NCBI GenBank assembly: GCA_051362555.1
Contig: CM120648.1
Location: forward strand, 287,721 to 351,720
From: Lingula anatina
Taxonomy: Eukaryota; Animalia; Brachiopoda
DNA length: 64,000 nucleotides
Reading direction: 5' to 3'
Below the pieces are notes generated by a model, which searched no databases, was not told the origin of the DNA, and was given only the letters and a program-made list of their open reading frames with translations. Position 1 is the first letter of the stretch; each line of letters starts with the position of its first letter. Both the position numbers and the translations under genes were made by a program. Below are positions 50,492 through 64,000 of this stretch, piece by piece.

Positions 50492-53400
50492 TAGGATTAA
50501 TAATTGGAATAATTAGATGGAGGGTGAACTCTCTGTTACACTGACCCTCAATTTCGTCACACCGGGCGTCCTTAGATCCAGGTCGTCAGTGTCGGCGATA
50601 CCAGTCAACAGGTACATGTGGACAAGAAGTTCAGATTTTAAAATAAACACATGCATTTGATCATATTACAGCGAGTGGGAAAAAAGCTCCATGGGAGTAA
50701 TTAAGTAATAAAAAGCTGTAAATGTTACTCTTGAGGATAGTGTAACGTGTCATAGAAGAGGAAAGCACTTACGTCTATTGGAGATAGTCGAGGAAGGAAG
50801 TTTTGTCGAAACTTCGTGATGCATGTATATGTACTACATTTTCGTAATGAATGTCTGTAGCACCAGCATTTAGGATGATAAATCCTTTTGTATATTTTGA
50901 ATGTGGCTTTGGACGGTTCCTTAACTTAATTTGTAACCATCGGCTGAGAACTGACCTTATTAATGAACCTGAGAATGCGCTTAGTTTTAATTTTGATATG
51001 ACTAGCATATGTTGACTAAGAATACTTGTTCCAACAAGGGTTGTCGCCATCCAGATGTTTTTTAAAAGGTGATTTTATTATTTTAGTACTCTTTAACTAA
51101 GTTCATCAGAAAATGTTACTTTTCCTTCAGTCAGCGTCTGGATGATTGTGCAAATGACCTGCGTGCAACTATTGGAGGCCTTCAAAACATTTCCCCAATA
51201 CGTAATCATCAAAAGGTGTAGATCGGGTAGTTACCTGTTTCATGTTTGCACATTAAAACATACACGTCCCATGGGTTGGAGTTGCTAAGGTAGTGGTTAG
51301 TGTGTGTTTATAAAGCGGCATTATATAAATATAACACTGCCGCAATATTGGCATATTTTACACTGAATAAATCTCGGTTTTCCGTTATGGTACCTCGTGG
51401 GACTAGAATGTCTAAAGCGGATGTAAAAATGGAGACATATTAGATAAATATATAAGAGGACTATATAAGTCGTCGCAAACGGAAAAGCGATCTGCTTTGT
51501 GTTCAAGAATATTAAATGATAAGAAGGCCGCAATGGTTTCCTCTCGTTTTTCATCAGTGTTAACTCGATTCCCGTTGCTGTCAATATCCGGTCTTTACTT
51601 CTTCCTCACATTTCATCAACCAGAAATCCCCGGCCCTTAATGGCATCCGAGCAGATTGAAAATCAATTCTCTCCTCACGTAATAGCTGTGAAGAGGAAAG
51701 TGGTCGCCGTGCCTTGAAGGGCGGGTATTGGCCGTGTGAACAATTTAGCCGTGGGTTCATTCACCCAATGTAATCTAAGTGTGGAACATTATTGCATTAG
51801 GAAAATGGCGCTTTTTCGTTAACATTATCATAATAAGGGGCAAATCTGGACAGGGAATCACATGATGCCATAGAATAGAAGACTTGCAGTTACTTATCCA
51901 AGGCACACTGCGATCATAGTGACGGATAGACAGCCAGTTATTAGACTAAGCTAGGAGTTAATTTAATTTAGACGACTTGTGATCAACACATGTACCACTA
52001 CAGGCAAATCACTGCATGATATAAAATGTTCAAAGAGAAAAACTATTACCACCGAAGTTGTTACAGTGGAGATTGACATAGGCTGCTTGGATAATATCGG
52101 ACGAGTATCCTGAGAGAGGGAACTGACAAATTAGTAATTACAGTATAAAAACTGTTCTTTTTTTTAAAACTTACTGGTGCAGATAAATGTGTTGCGGAGA
52201 GGCTTTGTTGCTCTTGGTACCAACATTCAGAGTGAGAGGATAAGGAGAACGGCCGTTTTCAATGATCACAGCTAGCAGACCAATCGGATAAATTGTCCAT
52301 TGTGGCTAAAAATAAAACGTCGCTTCTTGGGTAACGGTCAGTAGTTTAGAAACCACTCTTTAATTACATATGAAGGCTGAAGTTTGATCCTTGAATGCTG
52401 TATTTACCGAATGCCGAATCCGTTGGTTTTCTAAGTGTTCATTTTGTAATCGTTACGAACGATCACTTAAGAATACAAATTTTTTAATGATTGACGGCAT
52501 TGGAAGCAGACACAACATAAGGGTCACTGCAGAGACTCAGCTGAGCCTCTCATCTTCAAATATTATTATTCAGAACAGCAAAGCACAGTGTTGTATGCCG
52601 TAATTACAACGCGAGCTTCTATACCAGCATTTAATACTAACGCACTTCTGTATCTGGAGTATTAGAACGGTGAGTCTTCGAAAACTTAGTTCCTGTGATG
52701 CATTAATAAGTAGAATATATCAGATTTCAAAGCGTCGTCTAAATTGATAGAAAGTGGCAATGCAAGTTGAGACCACTTGACTACATTACAGCTCACCAGG
52801 GGGCATACATAAGTGGTCTTGCGTCAATGAACTCAAGTTGGAACTGGAGAGCAGGTGCCCGTGGGGATATTGTGGCAAAACGTGACCTAAGTAAAGTTTT
52901 GCTATTGCGTGTGGCTTTACGTCTGACTACACCTGATGTATGGTTACCTGCAGTCCAAGTCACGGATATACTGTAGAGAGCACTTAAATAGAGTGGCCTA
53001 AGATATCTAGGACAAGCTTTTATTCAGGAATACGTTTGAAGACTCTTCACCATATCTAACACGGTGATCTGGATTTTGATACTGGTTTCAAGGCCTCATC
53101 CGCCGTCATAAGTCTGTCATTCAGTATTAAGAGTGTAGATATCCGCCAAAAAACTTTTTAACAGCCTAGTTTTGTGCAGTGCCAATGTGTTCAGTTGATC
53201 TCGTAGATGATGTATAGATGTAAGGAACATATCAGGAACAGACGTGGATAGAATCAAAGGGGGCATATTACAAGACATGACGGTGAGTATGTTTCACAAA
53301 TAAACCATGCATATGAGGAATTTAGGATATTTGACATCATTCATTACGTTATCCTAATCGATTGCAAAACACACTGCTAAAGGCACGCTGGGGTTTGGTG

Positions 53401-56400
53401 AAAACCATGTGTACACATGTTACGTAATAAGGAAATTTGGTGTGAGGTTCCTTGTATTACGCTCTTTAAGTGTCTCAAGCTTCTCTGTAAACTTGGGAAC
53501 ATGCAGTACCGATATAGTCCACCGAATTGGCTATCAGTGCCACGGTTTGACACGGCTGAGCTTGGGCAACAGGGTAGCTGGTGGGTGGGTATTATGTGTA
53601 TATAGGCTAACAGTGCGGTTCTAGATAAGATTTTTTTTTCTGAAAATCCATTTGGTATTTATACCATGGCCAAACTTATTTCAACCCGTGTTCTTCAACA
53701 CACGCTCTGGTAAATTATTGTCTCTCAGAGACGGCGCCTTGAGGTATAGCTAGTTCTCAGCAACTGTGCTGCTTAGTAAATTATATTGACGTAGACGTAC
53801 AATCCGGGGGTAGGTCGCAGGAGAAATGATTGGAACCCCCTCCTTTTATAATGGTTACATAATTAGCCCTGTGTGCTTGCGTTTTGCTTCCTACCTGCAC
53901 TGTAATAAAGGACCGGTAAATTACACATAATCGATTCTGTCTACGAAAAATCCTAAATGCGAACGCCATAATTACTTAATTGAAAAATATTTTCCCAACT
54001 GTTAAAGTCAATTTTGCATTATTTGATGCAAGGTAATTTTGCTCAACGCGCAGAATATGTAAGATATTCCATTGCGGGAGGATGCAACTTCCATTCATCG
54101 ACGATCTTTTGCCGTTCCCATGTGAAAAGTTCACAGTGGTTAAAGGGAATCAAGGGTATCATTGCCCTGTTTTCTAATGGAATTAACTGGTATTAAAGCA
54201 AACGCATAGCGTTTGTATTTGACTGATCGTTCTTCATTGACTTTTTTGTGGTAATTATCTCAATTTCCATCGACTCCCTAAGTCAACAACTTGTGAATGT
54301 TTTATATTACTATCATTAATGAAAGAAAAACAAAAAAATGAAAATGATGCTGGCCGTATAGTTCCAGCAATAATCACAAATCTCCCTATGCAGATTGTGA
54401 TTTCCATTGTACAAACGATAGAATGATTTCAGAAAATTGAGGAAATTGCGGCTCACTGATGTAGAGTTGTAACGTGGTAAATGTTTGGTAATCAGTGACA
54501 TATAGCCATCATTCAAACCACTGGGTTTATGTGTGGTTATGTGTTTTATTTTTCAGGATCGATAATATATAACCTGTACTGGGCAGAAAATGAGAAGATG
54601 TGTTTAAACTTTCGTAACCATTACTTTTTTATATGCCATTCAAATATTAAAACTACATATCACATATTCTGTGCGGGATTTTTGTGCTAGATCTCACTTT
54701 CACCACAAAAAGTACCTTTTCCTAAAGTACTCACTGATCATATATAATATCAACAATTAGCAAAGTTATCACATCAACGAACGATGTATCGTATGGCACA
54801 GGCTGTAGACTATACTGGTACTAGTCGATACCTGCAGCGTTTCAAGGGGCGTCACAGAGAAATTTTAATTAGGACTTTGCTTTGATGTCTATTCATTGAT
54901 TATTTAAAGAGACACACAAACGTTTCACTAGCAATACTTACAATATTTGGTATATATAACTTGCAGTGTATGCTTTGACTATCACCCTTATGTTACACAC
55001 AGCATCGTTATGTATTAGACCATGCAATACCATGCAAGCTGGTTGATATATTATATATAGTATTGCCGATATTTCATAACATTTAACAATGCTCTTTGAC
55101 ATAATATTAAAACAAGCTGTCTCTGGCTCACTGGGGCGGAAATAACACTGAATAACACTTAGTTCCCTTTGCCAGCATATAAAAGTTGTAATATTAGACA
55201 ACTGGAGTAGAAATCCACTCGTTTTATGTGCAAATATATCTTACTTGTTATATATCAGGGATAAGTGGTGTATGGGGATTATAAAAACATATCGAGTTAT
55301 ATACAATATTTTACTTTATTACCTGTATGTAGGGAACAGGGTTGGGACATTGTTTGGTTTTGAAAAAGGGATGCCTAAGTAGCAAGGATTAAAAGCACGT
55401 TGTCGCCGCCCCCTAGATGGTTTCTTTATCTGTTTTGGTGCGCTAGACACGTTCATAACATCAGTACATGCCACAAAACCACAGTGATGCTGTTTTAACA
55501 ACTGTTTGATGACCACGATCAGTGTGAACCATGCTGCGGTTTATTGAGTTCATGATGTCACCGTGGCTATGTTTTCCAATACGTTAATGTACATGAGTGA
55601 TTGGGTTTCAATCAGAGACATGAAGTAATACAATTACACCAACACAATAACACTTTTCACACCAGGATTTAGAGTCGAATATGTTGGTTGATCTACAACC
55701 GTTCTTGGCAAAATGTATGCGTCTTGCAAACTGCTGCTATGCAAGAAGAAACTTTACCCTGCAAATGAGGGACTGTTTCAAGTTTGAAAGCATAAAAAGA
55801 CTTGTTGCAACCTTTATGCAAACTTAAAAAGTTGCCAGTTTACTGCAAACTTTTCATATTGCTTAGGGTGAATATATTGCGCATTTGCAGTAATTCACCA
55901 GATAGCTTTTGATCTCAGTAATAAACCATCATGTTGATCTTTATTTTCTTTTCTTTGTTTATTTATTATTAAAAGCAACAATATTTTATTTTAGTGGGCT
56001 ACACCACTGATTTAGCTTGGCCGAAAAAAAACTATAAGGAATCGGTCTTCACGTTTTTATCTTTGGAACAAGTCATGGAGTAACGTATAGCCATACTACA
56101 TTGTATCCAGTCAATGTGAAGTTACGATATCATCGATTCAGCGACATAAGAATTTCTTATATTTCAAAACCCATTTCGCACTGGGAGTTAAACGGGATTG
56201 ATTCTTGAAAATGCAAACTGATAATTTTCTCCTAAAACAGCCTTGGGATTGGATGGGGATTGATTTTTGAAAACAAGAACCGCTAATTTCCTTCACATTT
56301 CTGAAAAATTGAATGCCCTCGTAATCTCTGGATCTAAAAAGGGGCAGAAAAGTATTTGATGCGATAATTTGTTATTTTATGTGCAAATTGCGCGGGTATA

Positions 56401-57702
56401 AGTCCCCAGTTACTATCGATCGTGGCTACGGCGCTGATATACGGTGTATATAATCTTGCGCAGCTTGTCACGATTCTGAAAACTTTTAAAGGTAAACTTT
56501 CCGATACTCTTGTAAAAATGTTTCTTTTTCCATCGCAAAAAGAAAAATTTGCCCCTCTCACAAATACATATCCGACCCGAATCTAGGACCAAAAGAAAAC
56601 GAAGACAACAGGTACGGTTCAGATAATAATTTACAAGAACGATAATGAGAAAAAAAGGTATTGAGGATAAAATTATAAATTCAGAGCAATTTCAAACGTG
56701 TGCTAGTTATTTTAATTTTAAAATTTCAACCATTGTATACATTTGATTGCGATTTAATATTTTATATTTCGATGAATTTTATTTTGTTGGAATACATTAT
56801 ATTTGAATTTTATATCAAATCAGTTTATTTGCGTACTGATGCATGTACACAAATATACGGAAATAAACTTAACAAAATACATGTTACTGTTAGTATTTTC
56901 ACATACGTTTTAAGTAAAAGACATACATACGTACTGTAATTTATAGTAGGATTTGAAATACGATGACTATAGATAGTCGGTAAATATTGTAAATATATTA
57001 AATATGAAACATCTAAATAAGACCGAGTGACATTTCCTTGTCTTGGCCCATTGCATATATCTTAAAACAAACATTTGAGTGGGGTTAATCTATTGGATTG
57101 CTAAAATACGTTTTTGAATAATGTCGGTTGATTCCAATCATTAGCGCGAAAATCGAATTCGTTTTTTGAAAGTTTTCATTCTCCGCTAGGCTGGTTTTGA
57201 TTTATAAAACCAGAATACTTAAATCTCTACACATGGCATGCCCCCGATTATCAGGTCAAAATGCACATATTGTCATATTTAATGTGCCACCACACATGCT
57301 CGTATAGATTATGGTTTTTCGGTTGGGCGAAATTGACATTACCGGACAGAAAAAATTGCTTTGCCGGCAAGCTAAACACGAAACCCAGTAATCACAATAA
57401 CCTCATAAAAATACCGAAATTAGCTGTTTGGAGAGAGCAGCTGAACACAGAGGTGCGTCTCCAATATAATCTAGTATACGTGGTTAATATAATGTAGTAT
57501 ACGCAAGGCGCTAAAGGATTAGGAAGCCCATTAAAACGCCCGGCAATGCATAATAATGGTCAAGACCAGTGCGTCCTCTTTCTGTAGCTTTACTACCATT
57601 AACTGCGTACTTTGTATGACCTTGTGTGGTGATTGATTGGGTTAACGTAATAGGTAAATCGACCTCAGCAGGGCAGCGACTGTGGATTCTTATTGAAAGT
57701 AT

Positions 57703-57926
57703 GACCACATTCCCATAGACACCAGCGGTCTACGTTGATCGATCCAAGTGTGCGGGGACTCTAGCTGAGTGCAATCAGCTTAACTTAAAGACACGCATCC
57801 CCTTGTTTCCAACGTACTCGTAAAATCACCAGATTTTCTGTATTCTACTTAACTCCTGGAGAAGACGCACCATTCAGTTAAGGTGATTGCACTCAGCGAG
57901 AGTCCCTGCGGTGTAGAATGGGTCCA
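57703..57926. mobile_element. MITE family A copy
   Basis: gatcgatccaagtgtgcggggactctagctgagtgcaatca ... tttccaacgtactcgta..caccagattttctgtattct ... tgattgcactcagcgagagtccctgcg. Confidence 0.7.
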
Positions 57927-60900
57927 CTTTCCAGTCAACCCAAAAGACTCTCCTTGTCTGCAGTTCTTTATAATTCCACAGCACATGGTCACGTTTAAAA
58001 TTTAAATATAAGGCGATTTCATTCCACCTGGGCAGCGTCGATTCCTCATTAAACAGGACATCATTTCAAATACGTGTCTGTTTTTTTTTCTTCAACTGTT
58101 CTCCAGTTCGTGCTATCGTTATTTCAATGATACTCATTGATAATGCATATAGAGGCCTTAACTTGATAACGTTCCCCTTTTCTCTCACCATGCTCTGCTT
58201 TGGGGTTTTTTCAATGAATTGGTTTATTTCGCGTATGAGATCAATCGCGTCCTCAAAACATTCCCTTAAATTCAGGTACACAAGTCACCAACCTTTGTCC
58301 TCAGTATAACTTCCATCAATAATTCAAGGTTCTGGCAGTGCCCCATGGACATAGCTTGTGTGCCGAAAATAAATGAAAGATACCAAAAACAAGGGTCTCG
58401 GGGGATCGATACATTTCTTTCTATAATAGCATGCATGGGTAAGGTATGGTTGACCTTTGACAGAGAATACACTCCACCTTAATGTATGCCATCAATAATT
58501 TAATGTCCTGGAAGCAAAATATGGTCATGGTAAATATATCCAGAATATTAAAAGAATCGGTGCTATAGATCTAGGGAATCGGTGGGTTTTGTATTGAATA
58601 TACATGGACATGTTGGATGGCTTGATGTTTGGCAGAAAGTGGTACAAGGATGGTTAGACAGCTTTAGAATTCGTCTTAAGTGTAAAAAGTTTGATATCAA
58701 ATGTCACATTTTACAAATTGAACTTTTCGTAGCACAATATACTTTCTGCACAGGTCAGATTCTAATGAAAGATGGCAAGTTCAAAAGACGAGCTTACATA
58801 CTGAAGGTTTTTGTACAGTGCAACGGTTTCACGTGTTTACGCTTCATGTTAATTTATGTGTTAGTTTGAAGAATAGAGCTCAAGCGACTCGTAAACATGC
58901 AGACAAGGTATATAAAGGTGTATATCTGCATTATTGCATTTTATACATGTATTTGTTGACGAAAGTCTTAATCGTGTTAACGAGCCATGGTTTGGGTGAC
59001 ATAAATAAAATTATTATTGCATATTAAATGCGTTCTAAGAAGGGCGATGATACGCATTTAACTTGCACGGAATTGTGTTATTACCAGTAGAACCAAGGAT
59101 TAAACACGGTTTTATGCTGCCTCTGTGTTCAGCATCATCAGTCCTTAGACGATCTATTTGTCTCTGTCACATTCAGAAGGCACATCACGCACAGAATGTA
59201 ACGTTTCAATTAACTGATGATGAAACGACTATTACCGCAAAATAAGCCGAATCAACTGGTTTTCTAATACTCGGGGTCCCCACCACCTCCTCTACGAGAT
59301 TTACATTAAGTACATGATGAATCCAAATGTATTGATAGCAGCAATTATTTCCTTAAAACAACCACTTCATTACGTGTCCTAATTAAATTCTCAGAAATAT
59401 TGATTTTCATTTACTTGGAAAGATGCTCAAACTATGAAAGATAAAAGAGAATCCACATTAATTAGGCTGTGTCAGCGACACCGATTGCTGAGCATTGTGA
59501 CGTTATATCGCTGGAGCTTCCTTAAGGTTCGATTCTGTTGACAGCGTTTCCGTATTATGCCTCTTCGATTATGTAATTTGAAATTTCTTAGACTTAACCC
59601 TAACATCTTTACTGTAGCTAGATCAAATATCCAACAAACACTACTTTCAGCGGCAATATCATTTTTAAATTAAAATTGATAATGATGTATTGGCATATTT
59701 TGTGGTTCAGTTGACAGTCTCAGACGTCATCCTCCTCTGTCTATAAAGATATAAAGTGTTGTGAATTTGTTTTTTGCATCTAAAAGAACGCTATTTCAAC
59801 GGAGTTTGGGGCATCACTGCATTAGGTTCGGGTCCACTGTCACTCATAATCATCAGCCGTCCATTGTGCTGATGATGTGAATATATGTTGGTTCCAGAAA
59901 TAAAACCCCTACGATGCAAGGTTTGGTTTCCATTGGTTTGCACAGGTACATTCCCGTCCTAGATTTTGCCCCACAATTACCATGACCTGTACGGATATGA
60001 TGGAGTGGGAGGGGGGGGGGGGTTACATGCTTACGGTGAACCAAAGTTTCGTTTCACCCATCGGTGGTGATGGTTACGTGGGTAAACTGATCCCGATTAT
60101 TGCAATTTTAAACTGAAACCCCCCTGTAGAATGCATTTTTAACACCGGTCGTCCTGATTCCCATAAATAGAAACATAGAAATTAATCTAGCAAAGTAACG
60201 AGAAACTTAATTATACTATTTAACAAAAGTCAAGGAATTACCTTGGGATTGCTAAGTTAAGGGATTACCCCGGGGATTGCTGAGTACATCGTCGTACATG
60301 GTACACATCAGAGCTGGCGACCTGAACTCAAATGAAAGACGAAAAGTGATGATATAACAACAATGGACATATTGTTTGTTCATTGAGAGCGAAATCCAAG
60401 GGGAAAACGTGAACATTCACCCCCTTTTTTAGCCCAGTAATTAAAGCAAGAGGCGAATGGTAATAGGTACTTAGTGCATTTCAAATACAATTGTATTTCC
60501 GGACAATAATTAAAATGGCAGGCAATCAGTTAAATTGATGTAATTTTCCCTTCCTCGCTGCTATACATGTTTTATTTGGAGTCGTCAGCTTGATCCAATT
60601 TATGACTCTTAATTACTTCCAATATTCATGACCTTTCAAGGCTTAAACATTCATTGCTTGTAGATTTGTGACGAAACATTGGTTTATACGTCTGGCCTTA
60701 CAAGATACAACATTAAGGCATGGAGGGTATAAATGTCATCTGATTTAGAAAAACCGCATATGTCATCTGATTTAGAAAAACTTGCCTGGCTTCTCAATCC
60801 TCAAAGTGAACACTCCCTAAAAACCGTGTGTCACTTCATCCAACAAACATTTAAAAAAAGACTAGCCTGTCAATAATAATGAGCAAGTCTACCACAATAC

Positions 60901-61546
60901 AGAACAATGTAATTGTCATTATGTAATATAGGTATTTTTTTATCTTATTATTATTATTATTATTTATTTATTTATTTTTATTGTGTTAATAGGTCTAGAT
61001 TGTACTAAATGTATCTATATACAAGTAGTTTAGAGGGCCTGCAAAATGTACTGAAACGTTTTAGTGCTCAATAAAATTATTATTATTATTATTATTATTA
61101 TCATTATAAACAGCGTCAACAGAATAACTGGTAATAGAATGGCCATGTGGACGATAAGCTAACGCTTAATATGTTTACCCTTTTTAAATAAAGTTAAAGA
61201 AAAAAAAACACGCATACTGACTTAAGGCCTACAACGGATAAGAGTATTTTGCAAAACCCGTTTTGTTATATTTGTGTTGTTTTGGTGTATAAACATACAA
61301 TATACGCCGTATGTAAAGTATCGCTGCGTGTCGATAAATCACTGCAGAGAGTCAATTTCTCAGCGGTGAGGTGTCGATATCAGTGCTCTCCCCTGGTGGT
61401 GGCACGCAGAAGATATGCGATAAAGCACGTGGTAAACAGTTGGTTCCATGTTCTCCAACAGGTTGTATCAATACCAACTCCACCCTAACAAGATGACCGC
61501 CGCAGATAGTTAGCGCTGCCTTTCGCATATTTGCAACCTTGTCTAA

Positions 61547-61793
61547 GGGCCCGTTCCCAGTGAAACTATCGTTCTAATTAGATCGATCCAACTCTGTGAA
61601 GACGCTCGCTGAATGCAATCAGATTAAAATATTAACGCTTCTCCTCATGGCGTAGAGTAAAATACAGAAAAACTGGTGATTATACGAGAAAGAAAAATGC
61701 GGTATTAATATGTTAATCTGAGTGCAGTCAGCAAGAGTCCCTGCGGAGTTGGATCGATTTATGCAGAACGACAGTTTGATGTGGAATGAGCCC
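61547..61793. mobile_element. MITE family A copy (opposite orientation to the 5068 copy)
   Basis: taa|GGGCCCGTTCC...GGAATGAGCCC|ta. The internal aatacagaaaaactggtgattatacgag is the reverse complement of the family core. Confidence 0.75.
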
Positions 61794-62664
61794 TATGTGC
61801 GCTGCGTATCATGTTCACTTTGCATATTGGTCTTCTGCAAAGAATGATAAAAGTACGTCCTGAGTAGGCGGGAAAAGCGCGCTAAACCGTAAGGAGATTC
61901 ATTAGGTAGATCTGTTTTATATGAAATAAATATCGGATACGTCATGTACTCATCCGCGCGGAAACTATGACAAGTCATTAAGCGTCTGCCGCTAAGGACA
62001 CAGGTTGGCTTTGCTTATGATTTGAACGAACAATTTCATCCCGAAAGTGGTGATAATTATTATAACACTAGTTATGAGTCTCCCCTCTATTACCCAGCCA
62101 CATGTACAGTACATTGTAGGTTAACATTATATGGACTACAGGACCAAACTGTACATAACGCGCCCACCGATCTAGAGTTTGCATTATATTTGGAACTTTA
62201 CTGAAATAAGGATTTATTACAAAATCACACCTGAATAAAGTTTGCAAGTTCATACGTCCCTGATGCATCATCCATGTGTATAAACGTACAGAATATAAAA
62301 TAAACGATAGAGCTGGTAATCCACCATAGGGAATAATAAACAGTGTGCCATGTGGAATTACGTTTTTGCAAATACGGCTACTGTGAATGGGATAATGTTT
62401 GTGTGTAAAAAAAAAAAATGGCACTCTTCTCGTCTCAGTGGCTCTGTTACATTTCTATAGGGTTTGATTTTTAAGAAGGCGTAATGGAGGTTCATGTCAT
62501 TTCTTTTCCCAAGGATATTTCATGTATCGGTGTTGTAAGGGAAACAATCCGTTTTTGTGTATCTGTATTAATCGATATCAAGGAAGCAATTTCAATAGAA
62601 AAAAACTCCGCATTCGAAGGCACTTCCATCTATCAGCCCCTAGTCCAATATAAGGAATGTTTAC

Positions 62665-62667
<3 letters not shown>

Positions 62668-62695
<28 letters not shown>
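62668..62695. repeat. (TG)n microsatellite
   Basis: Direct reading. Confidence 0.9.
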
Positions 62696-62960
62696 TAGGA
62701 GGCATTTGTCCCCCAAGTGACGTTAGAATATTTTAAAACATTTTTTGGGGGAGCTTTTTAAAATATCAGCCTTTCCCTTTCTCCAAGTCTATCAAAAGTA
62801 TTTGCAGTCACCATCAAGATTAGTGTCACCCGTGGCACATAGAAACTGCTTGCACATGTCACTGTAGACCAGACTTCTCCAACCTCTCCTCTCCACCACC
62901 ATGTCTCTTTGTCAACCTACGTCCCTGTACATGTATATGGAGTACAGATTGAGGTTAAAA

Positions 62961-63150
62961 GATCCCATTCTTTAAGATACCATCGGTCTGCGTAGGTCGA
63001 TCCAACTCTGCGGGGACTCTTGCTGAGTGCAATTGGCTTTCCAACGTACTCGTGTAATCATCAGATTTCTTCTATTGTACTTTTAAGTAAAAACGCCAAA
63101 AGCAGCCGTGTTAAACTGACTGCATTCAGCGAGAGTCCCTGTCGTGTCCA
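62961..63150. mobile_element. MITE family A copy (3' truncated)
   Basis: tcgatccaactctgcggggactcttgctgagtgcaat..tttccaacgtactcgtg..tgcattcagcgagagtccctg. Confidence 0.7.
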
Positions 63151-63459
63151 CTCAAACAGCACCACTTAGCCTTATTGAGTAGTTTCCAAGAGGCACATTC
63201 TACTTAGAATACCCTGAAAAGAGATTTCAAATCGGAAAAAAAATGTTTTAAAGTATTTTGGTCACTATTTTTAACCTTTTAGCACTAATGTAGGTTGCCT
63301 AGTAACGGGTGAGAGTCCTATGAATATTTAAAGTGTATTGGAATAATTAGGGGATTGCTCTACATAGTTAAAGGGTATTTTACTTAACGGTTTTATCGCG
63401 CAAATTGCACACTCCTTAACGTAGGGGAGTGCTTAATCAAAAGATATGTATTCAACCTA

Positions 63460-63905
63460 TTCTCTTGGTGGTGCTTTCGTGTAATAAAATGGTGAACGAA
63501 ACAACGTATTCACATCTACCATAGGCATCAATGATTACACCCATTAAATAGAAATGCTACAAAGCACTTAAGTGGGGATTTTAATTACGTTTTGTGTCTT
63601 TGAATCCTTCATTGATGTACATCGTTAAGCAATGTCATTACATGGTGGTATGTTTTTAGGTGTCGGCATGGCGTGAAACCTCAATTGCATTTCCGATTAA
63701 TCCCAGTGCAAGGGTACAAGTTAGGTTTAGAGTCTATATTTTCTTTGACTGAAATAACCATCTCTCAGCAGAATCGATGGTAACATGTTTCATTGAAAGA
63801 ATCAATGATTACACTCGACTTCATTGATTACATCTTTTATGAAAAATTGTCATTACGCCCTTGGTGGTAATTTTTATTGCATTTCGTGTCTTTCAATTCT
63901 CCGTT
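63460..63905. repeat. Degenerate direct and inverted repeats
   Basis: Recurring atcaatgattacac, ttcattgat(g/t)acatc, cgtgtcttt/tgtgtcttt and ggtggt blocks. Confidence 0.4.
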
Positions 63906-64000
63906 AAGGCACATTGTTGAGAAATACCATAACATAATGGCATTGTAATGGCTGTCAGTAAGGTGAGAAACTACAATTGCAGCCACACTTATTCCGTTTT

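Overview
AT-rich eukaryotic (metazoan, probably marine invertebrate) genomic DNA with spliceosomal introns, microsatellites and many small non-autonomous transposons. The core is a tandem array of three intact, minus-strand, 3-exon ANL-superfamily adenylating enzyme genes (ACSF2-like or 4-coumarate:CoA ligase/luciferase-like acyl-CoA synthetases, about 580 aa each) plus a 3' gene fragment, spanning 10.2-22.4 kb. The array sits head-to-head with a C3orf33 homolog (SNase-like fold, five coding exons, 23.1-27.1 kb, + strand). The enzymes share non-canonical A4 (DRPFSW) and A8 (ARMSDAIxRAAVLIYP) motifs and look mosaic. Two of the copies carry a duplicated piece of the bidirectional promoter shared with C3orf33. 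A possible 3' end of another gene lies at 1-473. From 27 to 64 kb there is no convincing protein-coding gene, only a Helentron/HINE-type element, a multi-copy Harbinger-like MITE family, foldback elements and simple repeats. All gene models were built by hand from splice signals and frame continuity; no database searches were run.
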